Part shown: positions 17,677 to 26,814 of the stretch, piece after piece | Layout: the number at the start of each line of letters is the position of its first letter | Numbering within the stretch: position 1 is the first letter of the stretch | Origin: an uncultured Chloroflexia bacterium | GTDB taxonomy: Bacteria; Chloroflexota; Anaerolineae; B4-G1; SLSP01 | Length of the DNA stretch: 26,814 nucleotides | Assembly (NCBI GenBank): GCA_963751345.1 | Contig: CAVVUS010000015.1 | Location: 1-26,814, forward strand | Reading direction: 5' to 3' | Notes under the pieces: generated by a model | What the model saw: only the letters and a program-made list of their open reading frames with translations | The model's database searches: none | Told to the model about the DNA's origin: nothing | Made by a program: the position numbers and the translations under genes

Positions 17677-17736
17677 AGACCTTTGGGGTCTCCCTCTCGA
17701 CCAGGTAACTTCTTGAGAAAGAGACCCCAGAGGTCT
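17677..17736. repeat. REP-like imperfect inverted repeat between convergent larA and AKR
   Basis: AGACCTTTGGGGTCTCCCTCTCGA (17677-17700) pairs imperfectly with TTGAGAAAGAGACCCCAGAGGTCT (17713-17736). Each arm has an AGACC-N5-GGTCT palindrome. Confidence 0.65.
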
Positions 17737-17738
17737 TC

Positions 17739-18760
<1,022 letters not shown>

Positions 18761-18840
18761 GATCCGCTCCGTGGCACTTAAGCTTCGACAGGCAAATCCA
18801 GTATAGCATACCGATCCGGTTCATTGGCACATCGGCACAC

Positions 18841-18902
18841 GAATCCATCCCCCGAATCCACGTTAGGGTGGATGATCTAGGCACGAAGCCTCCCCTTACA
18901 CT
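18841..18902 (+). promoter_or_regulatory. Activator-type promoter, copy 1: GAATCCAC-N6-GTGGATGA plus -10 TACACT
   Basis: Palindrome at 18854-18875, extra half-site GAATCCAT at 18841-18848, TACACT at 18897-18902. Same architecture at 22226-22273. Confidence 0.65.
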
Positions 18903-18999
18903 GCCAAAGGGGAGGCTGGGCTCACCTGTAAGCTTTTTCTGCGGCAGCGCGCTTGCCCAAACAGGAAAAAAAAAAAAAAAACTCACGGAGGAAGTAAAT

Positions 19000-19122
19000 A
19001 TGCCATGGCGCAGTCTTGGTGTGGGAGAACTGATTCTATTGATCTGCTGCCCGAGCAGCATGCTCGCCGTCGTCGTTGGTGTCGTTCTGTGGCTGGTTAC
19101 CAAGAACAAGCGTAAGCAATAG
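19000..19122 (+). CDS. 40-aa small membrane protein (MPWRSLGVGELILLICC...VTKNKRKQ)
   Basis: GGAGG RBS at 18987-18991, long hydrophobic stretch followed by a basic tail, LGxxEL start. Confidence 0.55.
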   Translation: MPWRSLGVGELILLICCPSSMLAVVVGVVLWLVTKNKRKQ

Positions 19123-19141
19123 GGCAAACGACCTCCACCGA

Positions 19142-19361
19142 ATGAGTGACCACGAGAACGACCAGCAGGCGGTCTACAGGATCCGCCTAGCCGACGTCCT
19201 TGACGAGGGCTGGTCAACCGGGTTCGATGGCATGGAGGTCACAGTGCAATCCAACGGCGACACCTCTTGACCGGCCCCATTCGAGATCAGGCGGCGCTCC
19301 ACGGCATCCTGGCGAAAGTTCGCGACATGGGGCTGTCCTGTTGTCCGTCCAGCGACTCTGA
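19142..19361 (+). CDS. Small conserved-type hypothetical protein (~72 aa, YxIR...W...DQAALHG.L.K.RD.GL), apparent indels at ~19265 and ~19336
   Basis: First frame MSDHENDQQAVYRIRLADVLDEGWSTGFDGMEVT..NGDT, then LTGPIRDQAALHGILAKVRDMGL, then LLSVQRL*. Confidence 0.7.
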
Positions 19362-19550
19362 GGCATCTTCAGAATAAGTTGCTCAGTTGAGTTGGTTCCA
19401 ATATTTTTTTACATTCTCCCCTGTTCCTGGAACTTTCCCCGCATCGTGAACGTTGTAATATGTGGGATGTCGCTTCGCGACATACCACATGTACGGCTGG
19501 GTACCGGATAGCTTTTAGTATTCGGGCCCTCACGATGACAGGGAGAGGAA

Positions 19551-22184
19551 ATGGAAGCTCCGCTGTTGACCACCAAACTCTACGTGCCCACAACCCAACC
19601 GGAGATCGTGCCTCGGCACACATCATCGACCGGTTGAACGCAGGGCTGCACCGTAGGCTCTCCCTCGTGTCGGCGCCCGCAGGCTTCGGAAAGACTACGC
19701 TACTCAGCGCGTGGGCTGGAACGTGTGGTCGGGAAGTCGCATGGGTCTCGCTCGACGAGAGTGATAACGACCCCGCGCGCTTCTGGGCCTACGTCGCCAC
19801 CGCGCTTGCCAGGGCGGGAGCCGACGTCCGGCCCATCGCGCAGGCAGCGCTTCACTCCCCGGAACCGCCCTCAACAGAGACGCTGCTGATCCCGCTGCTG
19901 AACGGGATCACCGAGACGCCCGCCCCGCTGCTCCTCGTCCTCGACGATTACCACACGATCACGACACGGCAGATTCACGAAGGGCTGGGCTTCTTCCTCA
20001 ATCACCAGCCACCCCACGTCCACCTCGCCATCGCCACCCGCGCGGACCCCCCGCTACCCCTATCGCTTCTGCGCGGACGCGGGCTGCTCACGGAGCTCTA
20101 CCAACGCGACCTGCGGTTTACGTCAGAGGAAGCCGCGACGCTGTTAAACCGGGTCATGGACCTGCCGCTCTCGCCGGAGGAGATCGAGGCGCTGGAGCGA
20201 CGGACGGAGGGCTGGATCGCGGGCCTGCAGATGGCGGCGGTCTCTATGCGCGGATGCACCGACAGGGCCACGTTCGTCCGGGCGTTCAGCAGCAGCAACC
20301 GGTACATCTTCGACTACCTGGTTGAGGAGGTGCTTCGACGACAGCCGCCCCACGTCCGGCGCTTCCTGCTGCGGACCTCCATCCTCGATCGCCTCTCCGG
20401 CGACCTGTGCGAGGCTGTCATCAGGTCCGACGACGGGCCGATCATGCCGCAGACTCGCAGTCCCTGCTCGAATATCTGGAGCGCAACAATCTCTTCGTCG
20501 TCCCGCTGGACGATGGACGACGATGGTACCGCTATCACCATCTCCTCGCGGACCTGCTGCGTCGGCGACTGGAGCGGGAAGCACCCGGACTCGTGCCCGA
20601 GTTGCACGATCGCGCTAGCAAATGGTACGAGCAGCGCGGGCTCACCACCGAGGCCGTGCACCACGCGATCGCCTCCGGCAGCTTCGAGCGTGCAGCGCAC
20701 CTAGTCCAGCAGATGGGATGGTCGGTCTTTGCGCGTGGCGAACTAACCACGGTGCTCGGTTGGATCGCCGCCCTCCCGGACGAGGTCGTGCGCTCACACC
20801 CCGACCTGCACGTCCTCCAGGCATGGGCTATGGCGAAGTCGGGACGGCTGGAGGACGTCGAGCCGTCCCTGCAAGCTGTCGCCCCGCACGAGCTGCAGGG
20901 CGAGGTGGCCGCGGTCCGCGCCTACGTGGCCGGTGTGCGCGGGGACCTGCCACGCGCGGTGGCGCTTGCCGAGCGGGCATTGGCGCAGTTGCCCGAGGAG
21001 AACGACTTTCTGCGCGCCATCGTCGTGCAGAACCTGGGCACCGCCTATCACTGGCGCGGCGACTCGATGGCCGCGAGCCGAAGCTTGACCAGGCGGTGAA
21101 GCTCAGCCGGGCCGCGGGCCAGGCCCACCAAACCCTGACCGCGATGGCGGTATTGGGCCGCACGTACGAGATGCAAGGGGCGCTGCGGCGGGCAGCTGCG
21201 ACCTACCGGGAGGCTCTCGATCTGGCATCTGGGCCGGGCGACCGGCCTGTACCGTTCGCCGGGATGGCCTACGTGGGCCTGGCCGGGCCGCTCTACGAGT
21301 GGAACGACCTGGACAATGCCCGGCACTATGCGCTAGAGGGCATGCGGTTGAGTGAGATGGGCGGGTTTGTGGCCTATGAGGTCGCCGGTGGCGCTCGCCT
21401 CGCGGCGGTCTACCAAGCACAGGGCGACGGCGACAAAGCCATCGCTACGCTCCGGCGGGCGGAACAGCTGGCGATGAGCCGTGATTATGGGCTCGTCAGG
21501 GCGCTGATCGACGAACTGCGCGTCCGGCTGTGGATTGCAAAGGGCAACATCGCGGCGGCGGGGCAATGGGCGCGGGCCCACAGGCGAGATCCGGGTTGGA
21601 CTTCAACGCGGCCAGTGAGATCGAGCAAATGGCGGTGGCCCGGGTGCTCGTCATCCAGGGAAAGCGCAGCGAGGCCTGGGACCTGCTGGGCCACCTATTG
21701 GATGCCGCGCGGGCTTCAGGGCGAACGACCACGAGATTAAGCTCTTGGTGTTGCAGGCGTTGACCTGCCGGAACGGGAACACCTCGACCCAGGCACTGAG
21801 GGCCCTTGAGCAGGCGCTAACCCTGGGCGAACCGGAAGGCTACGTGCGCACCTTTATCGACGAGGGAGAGCCAATGGTCCGGCTGCTGCAGCGCGCCCTA
21901 TCCCAGGGACTGATGCCCGACTACGTGGCTAAGCTCTTGGACGCCACCGGCGACGGGGCGCAACCCTCTCCTTCCCCGTGACCGCGATGATCGATCCCCT
22001 CACCGAGCGCGAGGTTGACGTGCTCCGCATGATGGTCGCCGGCCTGTCCAACCCCGAGATCGCCGAGGCATTGTACATCGCTATAAGCACGGTGAAGACG
22101 CACGTGAACCACATCTACGGCAAACTCGACGCCACACACCGTGCCGCAGCCGTGGCACGCGCGCGGGAGCTCAGCCTGCTCTGA
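19551..22184 (+). CDS. MalT-like STAND ATPase/TPR/LuxR transcriptional regulator (~880 aa), about six apparent frameshifts
   Basis: ATG 19551 after GGAGAGG gives MEAPLLTTKLYVP. Walker A APAGFGKT, Walker B LVLDDYH, TRADPPL, RTEGWIAGL, WYRYHHL, helical repeats, GYVRTFIDEG, LuxR HTH LTEREVDVL..GLSNPEIA..TVKTH..IYGKL. Confidence 0.9.
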
Positions 22185-22193
22185 CGTCTCACC

Positions 22194-22273
22194 ATCAACC
22201 GCGATCGGACTCCGGATCAACCTGTGAATCCACCTGACGGTGGATGACCTACGGCCCTCACACGTGCTACAGT
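22194..22273 (+). promoter_or_regulatory. Activator-type promoter, copy 2: GAATCCAC-N6-GTGGATGA plus -10 TACAGT
   Basis: Palindrome at 22226-22247, upstream ATCAAC half-sites at 22194 and 22216, TGC-TACAGT at 22265-22273. Confidence 0.65.
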
Positions 22274-22312
22274 GCTTATGCAGTGCCTATTGGTCAAGCG
22301 CGAGGAGATGAA

Positions 22313-24067
22313 GTGAACAGATCAAGTTGGACAAGACTCACTACCGCCGTGCTGATCTGCGTGCTGGGCTATAGCGCCTGCACGGGCGGCGGCGCCCCGC
22401 CATCCACGAACACGACGGAGGCGGCTCCGGCACCGACAGCACAGCCGCCGGTCATGGCGACGCACTATGGCGACGCCGGTCCCGCGCCCGTCCGCAACGG
22501 TGCCGGCCTCCCCAAGCCCAATCGACGCCGGACGCCGAGGGAGAAGAGCAGCGCACCCCGACGCCCACAGCGCAAGCACACAACCGACGCCAACGCCGGC
22601 TAGCCGCAGTACGTCGAGCGCTCCCACCGAGCGCATCGAGTTCCTACCCGGCGCCACGACCTTCTCGCTGACAGGGCACCTTCCGGCAAACGGAGACAAG
22701 CTCTACGTGATGAACGTCGCGGTCGGGCAGTACATGGAGATCGACGTCGCCGCGGAGGGAGGCGCGGAGCCTGCGCCTCTCCCTGACCGGCGCCGACGGT
22801 ACAGTCATCCAGTGGCTTGGGCCGCCACACCTGAAAGCCGTCGTTCCCAGCACCCAGGATTATACCCTCCGGATCGCCAGCGCCGTCGAACCCGTGGACT
22901 ACGCCCTGAGCGTCTTCATCCCCGTCCGCATCGTCTTTGCGCCGGGCACGACCCAGGCGACGGTGACCGGCGTCCTGACGGGCGACGAGATGCGAAGCTA
23001 CGTCCTCCGCGCGTCGGCGGGCCAGACGCTGTCTGTCGAGACCACGGCGACGCAGGGCGCGGTGAAGACAGTCATCGCCGGAAGCGACGGCACCGTGCTG
23101 GTGAGCGGCAACGTGGCAGCGGGCCCGGTCCTGGGCCCCCTCACCCTGAACACGACGCAGGACTATCTCATCACCGTGCTGGACGTGAGCGGGGAGGGCG
23201 CACAGTACGAGATGACCGTCCGGATCCCTGCTGCGCCGACGCCCTCTACATCGCCGCCCTCCGGCGTCCCACGGATCACGTCCTTCACGGCACAGGTCAC
23301 CGGTGGCGCCGCCGGGGAGAGCATCGAGCTCAAATGGGAGGCCGCCGGTGAACGGGGCATGCTCTGCCCTATCGTGGGCGCGCATTGGGCAGGCTGCGCG
23401 TGTCTGTTCGACGTGCCGCTCGCGGGGACGCGGACCGTCGGGCCCGACGAGATCGTGGGGCACACCACCGGATTCGAGCTAGTCGTCGATGGGGCGGGCG
23501 AGCGGGTGACGGAAACCGTCGACCTCGACGTTGCGTGCCCGGTGGGAACGCCGGCGTGGTTCTTCGACGCACCACCGCCGATGTGTCCTCGTGCGCCGGC
23601 CCTGCACACGCCTGCAGCTGCGCAGCGATTCGAGCGAGGGGTACATGATCTGGCTGGCCGAGGAGGACACCTACTATCTTCTCTACGACGACTACCTGCT
23701 GCCCTCCCTGGATCTGCTCCCATCCACCTCGGGCGGGAGCCTGCAGATCCTGCGCGGCCCCCTGGACCTCGAACCCGGTGCCGACCCCGATCACCGGACC
23801 GGGGAGACCCCGCCACCGGGACGCGTCGAGCCGGTCAGCGGCTTCGGCCTGATCTGGCGCGGCGAGGTGCAGGGCGTCGAGGGCGTGCGGGCGCGGCTCG
23901 GCTGGGCCGTGGAGGAGGAAGCCGGGTTCGAAGGCGCCGTCCAGTGCGAGGTGCCCTGCGGCGCCCACTGGCATTGCTACCTCCGCGATCCTCAGGGCGC
24001 AATCGTCCATCTGACCTACGAGCGCCCCCTGGGCTACATGTGGGCCCCTTGGCCCACGGGGCAATAG
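22313..24067 (+). CDS. Large secreted lipoprotein: Pro/Thr linker, two PPC-like beta-sandwich repeats and a C-terminal QxFExG/GFG-LGWA domain; at least 3 apparent frameshifts
   Basis: GTG 22313 after GAGGAG. Signal peptide ending LGYSAC; repeats RIEFLPG.../RIVFAPG... with GQ and TQDY; AQRFERG(Y)MIW; PVSGFGLIW..VRARLGWA. Confidence 0.72.
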
Positions 24068-24149
24068 CGGCAACGAGACACAGGGCCCGCCCACCTAACC
24101 GCACCCCAGATACCAGCCCCCCAGCACAGCGTGCAACCCGATCTTCAGT

Positions 24150-24178
24150 TTGCGCCGGCAGGCAGTCGGGACTACATT
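24150..24178 (+). promoter_or_regulatory. Promoter placed for a leaderless sialidase mRNA
   Basis: TTGCGC (24150-24155)-N17-TACATT (24173-24178), 6 nt before ATG 24185. No SD sequence. Confidence 0.5.
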
Positions 24179-24184
24179 CCGGCT

Positions 24185-25276
24185 ATGGATATTGAGCGAT
24201 TCGAACAGCAAGATCTCTTTGTCAGCGGCGAGGGTGGGTACGCTCGCTACCGCATCCCCGCTCTGGCGGTCTCGACGAAAGGCACCGTGTTGGCCTTCTG
24301 CGAGGCGCGCAAGTTCACGGGCCAGGACTCTGACCAGATCGATCTCTTCCTCCGTCGCAGCTTTGACGGCGGGCGTACCTTCGAGCCCGTCCAGGTCGTG
24401 GCGACTCAGGAGGGATGGGTCTGCGGCAATCCCGCGCCGGTCGTGGACCGTGACACGGGCAGGATCTGGCTGCCGTTCTGCAAGAACCTCAAGGACGGCG
24501 ACGAGACGATGATCTGCGAGGGGAAGGCCCCGCGCCAGGTCTGGATGACGACCAGCGACGACGACGGGGCGACCTGGGCCGAGCCCTGGGAGATCACCCG
24601 CGACGTGAAACCGCCCACGTGGTCGTGGTACGCGACCGGCCCGGGCCACGGCATTCAGCTCCAAAGTGGGCGCCTGGTCGTTCCCTGCGATCACATCGTC
24701 TTTGAAGCCTACAATCGTCAGGATCCTTACCATTCGCACGTGATCACCAGCGACGATCATGGCGCGACGTGGCAGATCGGGGGAAGTGCAGATGAGGGCA
24801 CGAACGAATCCGCGGCCTTCGAGACCGTGGATGGTTGGCTCTACCTGAACTGTCGCAACAAGCACCGTCTCGCCGAGGGCGGCAACTATCGCGCCGTTGC
24901 CTGGAGCCGCGATGGCGGGACGAGCTTCGCTCCCATCATCCACGACGCCGCCCTCTTGGAGCCGATCTGCCAGGCCAGCGTGTGCCGGTTCACGACGGCA
25001 GCACAACAGGACCGCAACCGCGTGCTCTTCTCCAACCCCGCCAGCCGCACGCGAGATCACCTGACGGTGCGGATGAGCTACGACGAAGGGCGGACGTGGC
25101 CCATCAGCCGGCTGTTGCACGCCGGGCCTGCCGCCTACTCGGACCTGTGTGTCACGCAGGACCTGAGCATCTGCTGTCTCTACGAGCGAGGCGCGGAGAC
25201 GCCCTACGAGCGGATCTCGCTGGCGCGGTTCAACCTCGCTTGGCTCACGGGCGGGACGGATCGGCTCGACCGTTAG
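24185..25276 (+). CDS. Sialidase/neuraminidase family (GH33), no signal peptide
   Basis: YRIP motif, five Asp-boxes (SFDGGRTF, SDDDGATW, SDDHGATW, SRDGGTSF, SYDEGRTW), GPGHGIQ, TNE, NCR, AAYSDL and LYE. Confidence 0.9.
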   Translation: MDIERFEQQDLFVSGEGGYARYRIPALAVSTKGTVLAFCEARKFTGQDSDQIDLFLRRSFDGGRTFEPVQVVATQEGWVCGNPAPVVDRDTGRIWLPFCKNLKDGDETMICEGKAPRQVWMTTSDDDGATWAEPWEITRDVKPPTWSWYATGPGHGIQLQSGRLVVPCDHIVFEAYNRQDPYHSHVITSDDHGATWQIGGSADEGTNESAAFETVDGWLYLNCRNKHRLAEGGNYRAVAWSRDGGTSFAPIIHDAALLEPICQASVCRFTTAAQQDRNRVLFSNPASRTRDHLTVRMSYDEGRTWPISRLLHAGPAAYSDLCVTQDLSICCLYERGAETPYERISLARFNLAWLTGGTDRLDR

Positions 25277-25412
25277 CTGGGCCGCTTTCCCCACCGTCGA
25301 AAACACAGCCAGCCTGGCAAGCGCCTCCCCTCGGTGTACCCGAATCGGCAAGGCCCCGCCGCCTCTCGTCGTTTGACTATCGATGGTCAAGAGCGATAGG
25401 GCGATCGCATGT

Positions 25413-25469
25413 TTGACGAACACGACACGATCCTGTACATTTGTGAGAGGTGTGTGTACAGTTTCACAA
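25413..25469 (+). promoter_or_regulatory. Sigma70 promoter followed by a Rex-like operator
   Basis: TTGACG (25413-25418)-N17-TACATT (25436-25441). GTGTGTACAGTTTCACAA (25452-25469) resembles TTGTGAA-N4-TTCACAA. Confidence 0.55.
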
Positions 25470-25484
25470 AAAGGGGGAGTATCG

Positions 25485-26662
25485 ATGCAATATCGCCAAT
25501 TCGGAGAGACGGGCATCCAGGTATCGGCATTGGGCTTTGGCGCGATGCGACTGCCCACCACGGATCCAACCGATCGCTACGACGATCGACGAGGCATTGG
25601 CCACGCAGGATGATCCGCTACGCCATCGATCACGGCGTCAACTACGTCGACACGGCCTATCCCTACCACAACGGGGAATCCGAAAGCTTCGTCGGACGGG
25701 TGCTGCAGGACGGCTACCGGGAGAAGGTGAACCTCGCGACGAAGCTGCCGATGTGGGCCATCGAGAAGGAAGGGGACGCCGAGCGCATCCTCAACGAGCA
25801 GTTGGAGAAGCTGCAGACCGACCACGTCGACTTCTACCTCTTCCACGGGCTGCGCGCTCCGCGGTGGGAGACCGTGCAGACCTTCAAGCTGCTCGATTGG
25901 GCGGAGACGGCGCTGGCCGACGGACGGATCGGGCATCTCGGCTTCTCGTTCCACGACAACTTCGACGTCTTCAAGATGATCATCGACGCGTACGATGGCT
26001 GGTCGTTCTGCCAGATCCAGCACAACTACATGGACATCAACACGCAGGCCGGGACCCAGGGACTGCGCTACGCGGCGTCCAAGGGCCTGGGCGTCGTCAT
26101 CATGGAGCCGCTGCTGGGCGGGCGCCTGGTCAATCCGCCGGAGCCCGTGCAGGAGATCTGGGATACCGCGCCGACCGTGCAGACGCCCGTCGAGCGCGCC
26201 ATGCGCTGGCTCTGGGATCAGCCCGAGGTCTCTGTCGTCCTGAGCGGGATGTCCACGATGGAGCACGTGGTTGAGAACGTCGCCAATGCCGGCCGCTATA
26301 GCGTGGGCAATATGACGGCCGAGGATCAGACGCTCATCGCCAAGGCCCGTGCCAAGTACGAAGAGCTCTGCCCCATCCCGTGCACCAAGTGCGAGTACTG
26401 CCTGCCGTGCGCGGTCGAGCTCAACATCCCGCGGCTCTTCGATATCCTCAATCGCGGCGTGATGTACAACAAGCTGGATGAGGCGCGCCGCAGCTACCAG
26501 CGTATGTCGGAGGAGCAGAAGGCCACGGCCTGCATCGCCTGCCACCAGTGCGAGGAGCAGTGTCCCCAGTCGATCCCCATCAGCGAGTGGATGGTCCACC
26601 TCGACGAGATTCTGGGCCAGGGAATGGACGTCGACGCCTGTCTGGCGGAGATGGCGGGCTAG
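25485..26662 (+). CDS. Aldo/keto reductase with a C-terminal 2x[4Fe-4S]-type domain, apparent indels at ~25580-25608
   Basis: ATG 25485 after GGGGGAG gives MQYRQFGETG..VSALGFGAMRLP. Then GVNYVDTAYPYH, LATKLP, DFYLFH, GFSFH, MEPLLGG, LSGMS, CTKCEYCLPC and CIACHQCEEQCP. Confidence 0.9.
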
Positions 26663-26694
26663 CTACGTCCGGTCCGACCCACCCCGTTCGTTAG

Positions 26695-26725
26695 AAAGCG
26701 CCCCGAGTCTATCGGGGCGCTTTTT
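26695..26725 (+). terminator. Rho-independent terminator
   Basis: AAAGCGCCCCGA-GTCTA-TCGGGGCGCTTT, ending in TTTTT. The A-rich 5' side suggests it could act in both directions. Confidence 0.8.
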
Positions 26726-26814
26726 CCTTGCACTGTGGATCCCTCGTCTCCTAGTGCCGAAACAAGCCAGGTCTTCTGCAGTCGAACCAGATAATCCCGG
26801 CCTCCGACATGATG

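Noticed and set aside
19551-22184. STAND ATPase as an Avs-type antiphage system, or as true maltose regulator MalT
   Set aside because: The C-terminus is a LuxR HTH with no nuclease/TIR/SIR2 effector, and no mal genes are adjacent.
24095-25561. 488-aa minus-strand ORF, and similar long antisense ORFs such as 266-1159, 8351-9325 and 25577-26599
   Set aside because: Shadow ORFs opposite well-supported genes, as expected in high-GC DNA; no motifs.
26726-26814. 3' end of a minus-strand gene or an ncRNA at the right edge
   Set aside because: A TAG at 26751-26753 is possible, but 60-90 nt is too little to choose a frame or recognise an RNA family.

Overview
High-GC bacterial chromosomal window. 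Gene content, intergenic repeat style and lipoprotein motifs suggest an anaerobic Chloroflexota (Anaerolineae-like) genome; this is inference only. About 24 protein-coding genes; no rRNA, tRNA, CRISPR array or transposase seen. Left to right: (1) a minus-strand carbohydrate operon with a C-N hydrolase, GH130 mannoside phosphorylase, URO-D-like protein, enolase-superfamily acid-sugar dehydratase and a GlmU-N/phosphomannomutase fusion whose nucleotidyltransferase loop is degenerate; (2) an oxidative-stress cluster with 1Fe superoxide reductase, ferritin/erythrin-like protein, PrxU-like peroxiredoxin, mutM and CopZ; (3) a pterin operon with folE, a pteridine-reductase SDR, a FolB/FolX-FolK fusion and an M20 glutamate carboxypeptidase-like gene; (4) MFS sugar transporter, nitroreductase, LarA-family racemase and an aldo/keto reductase broken by a 104-nt C run; (5) a MalT-like STAND/LuxR regulator flanked on both sides by the same GAATCCAC-N6-GTGGATGA palindromic promoter element, which precedes two tiny ORFs and a large lipoprotein; (6) a probably leaderless GH33 sialidase and an AKR-[4Fe-4S] gene with a Rex-like box. 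Eleven genes carry apparent indels, most likely consensus errors, so several CDS spans are reconstructed across frames. Several REP/REPIN/MITE-like palindromic elements lie in intergenic gaps.
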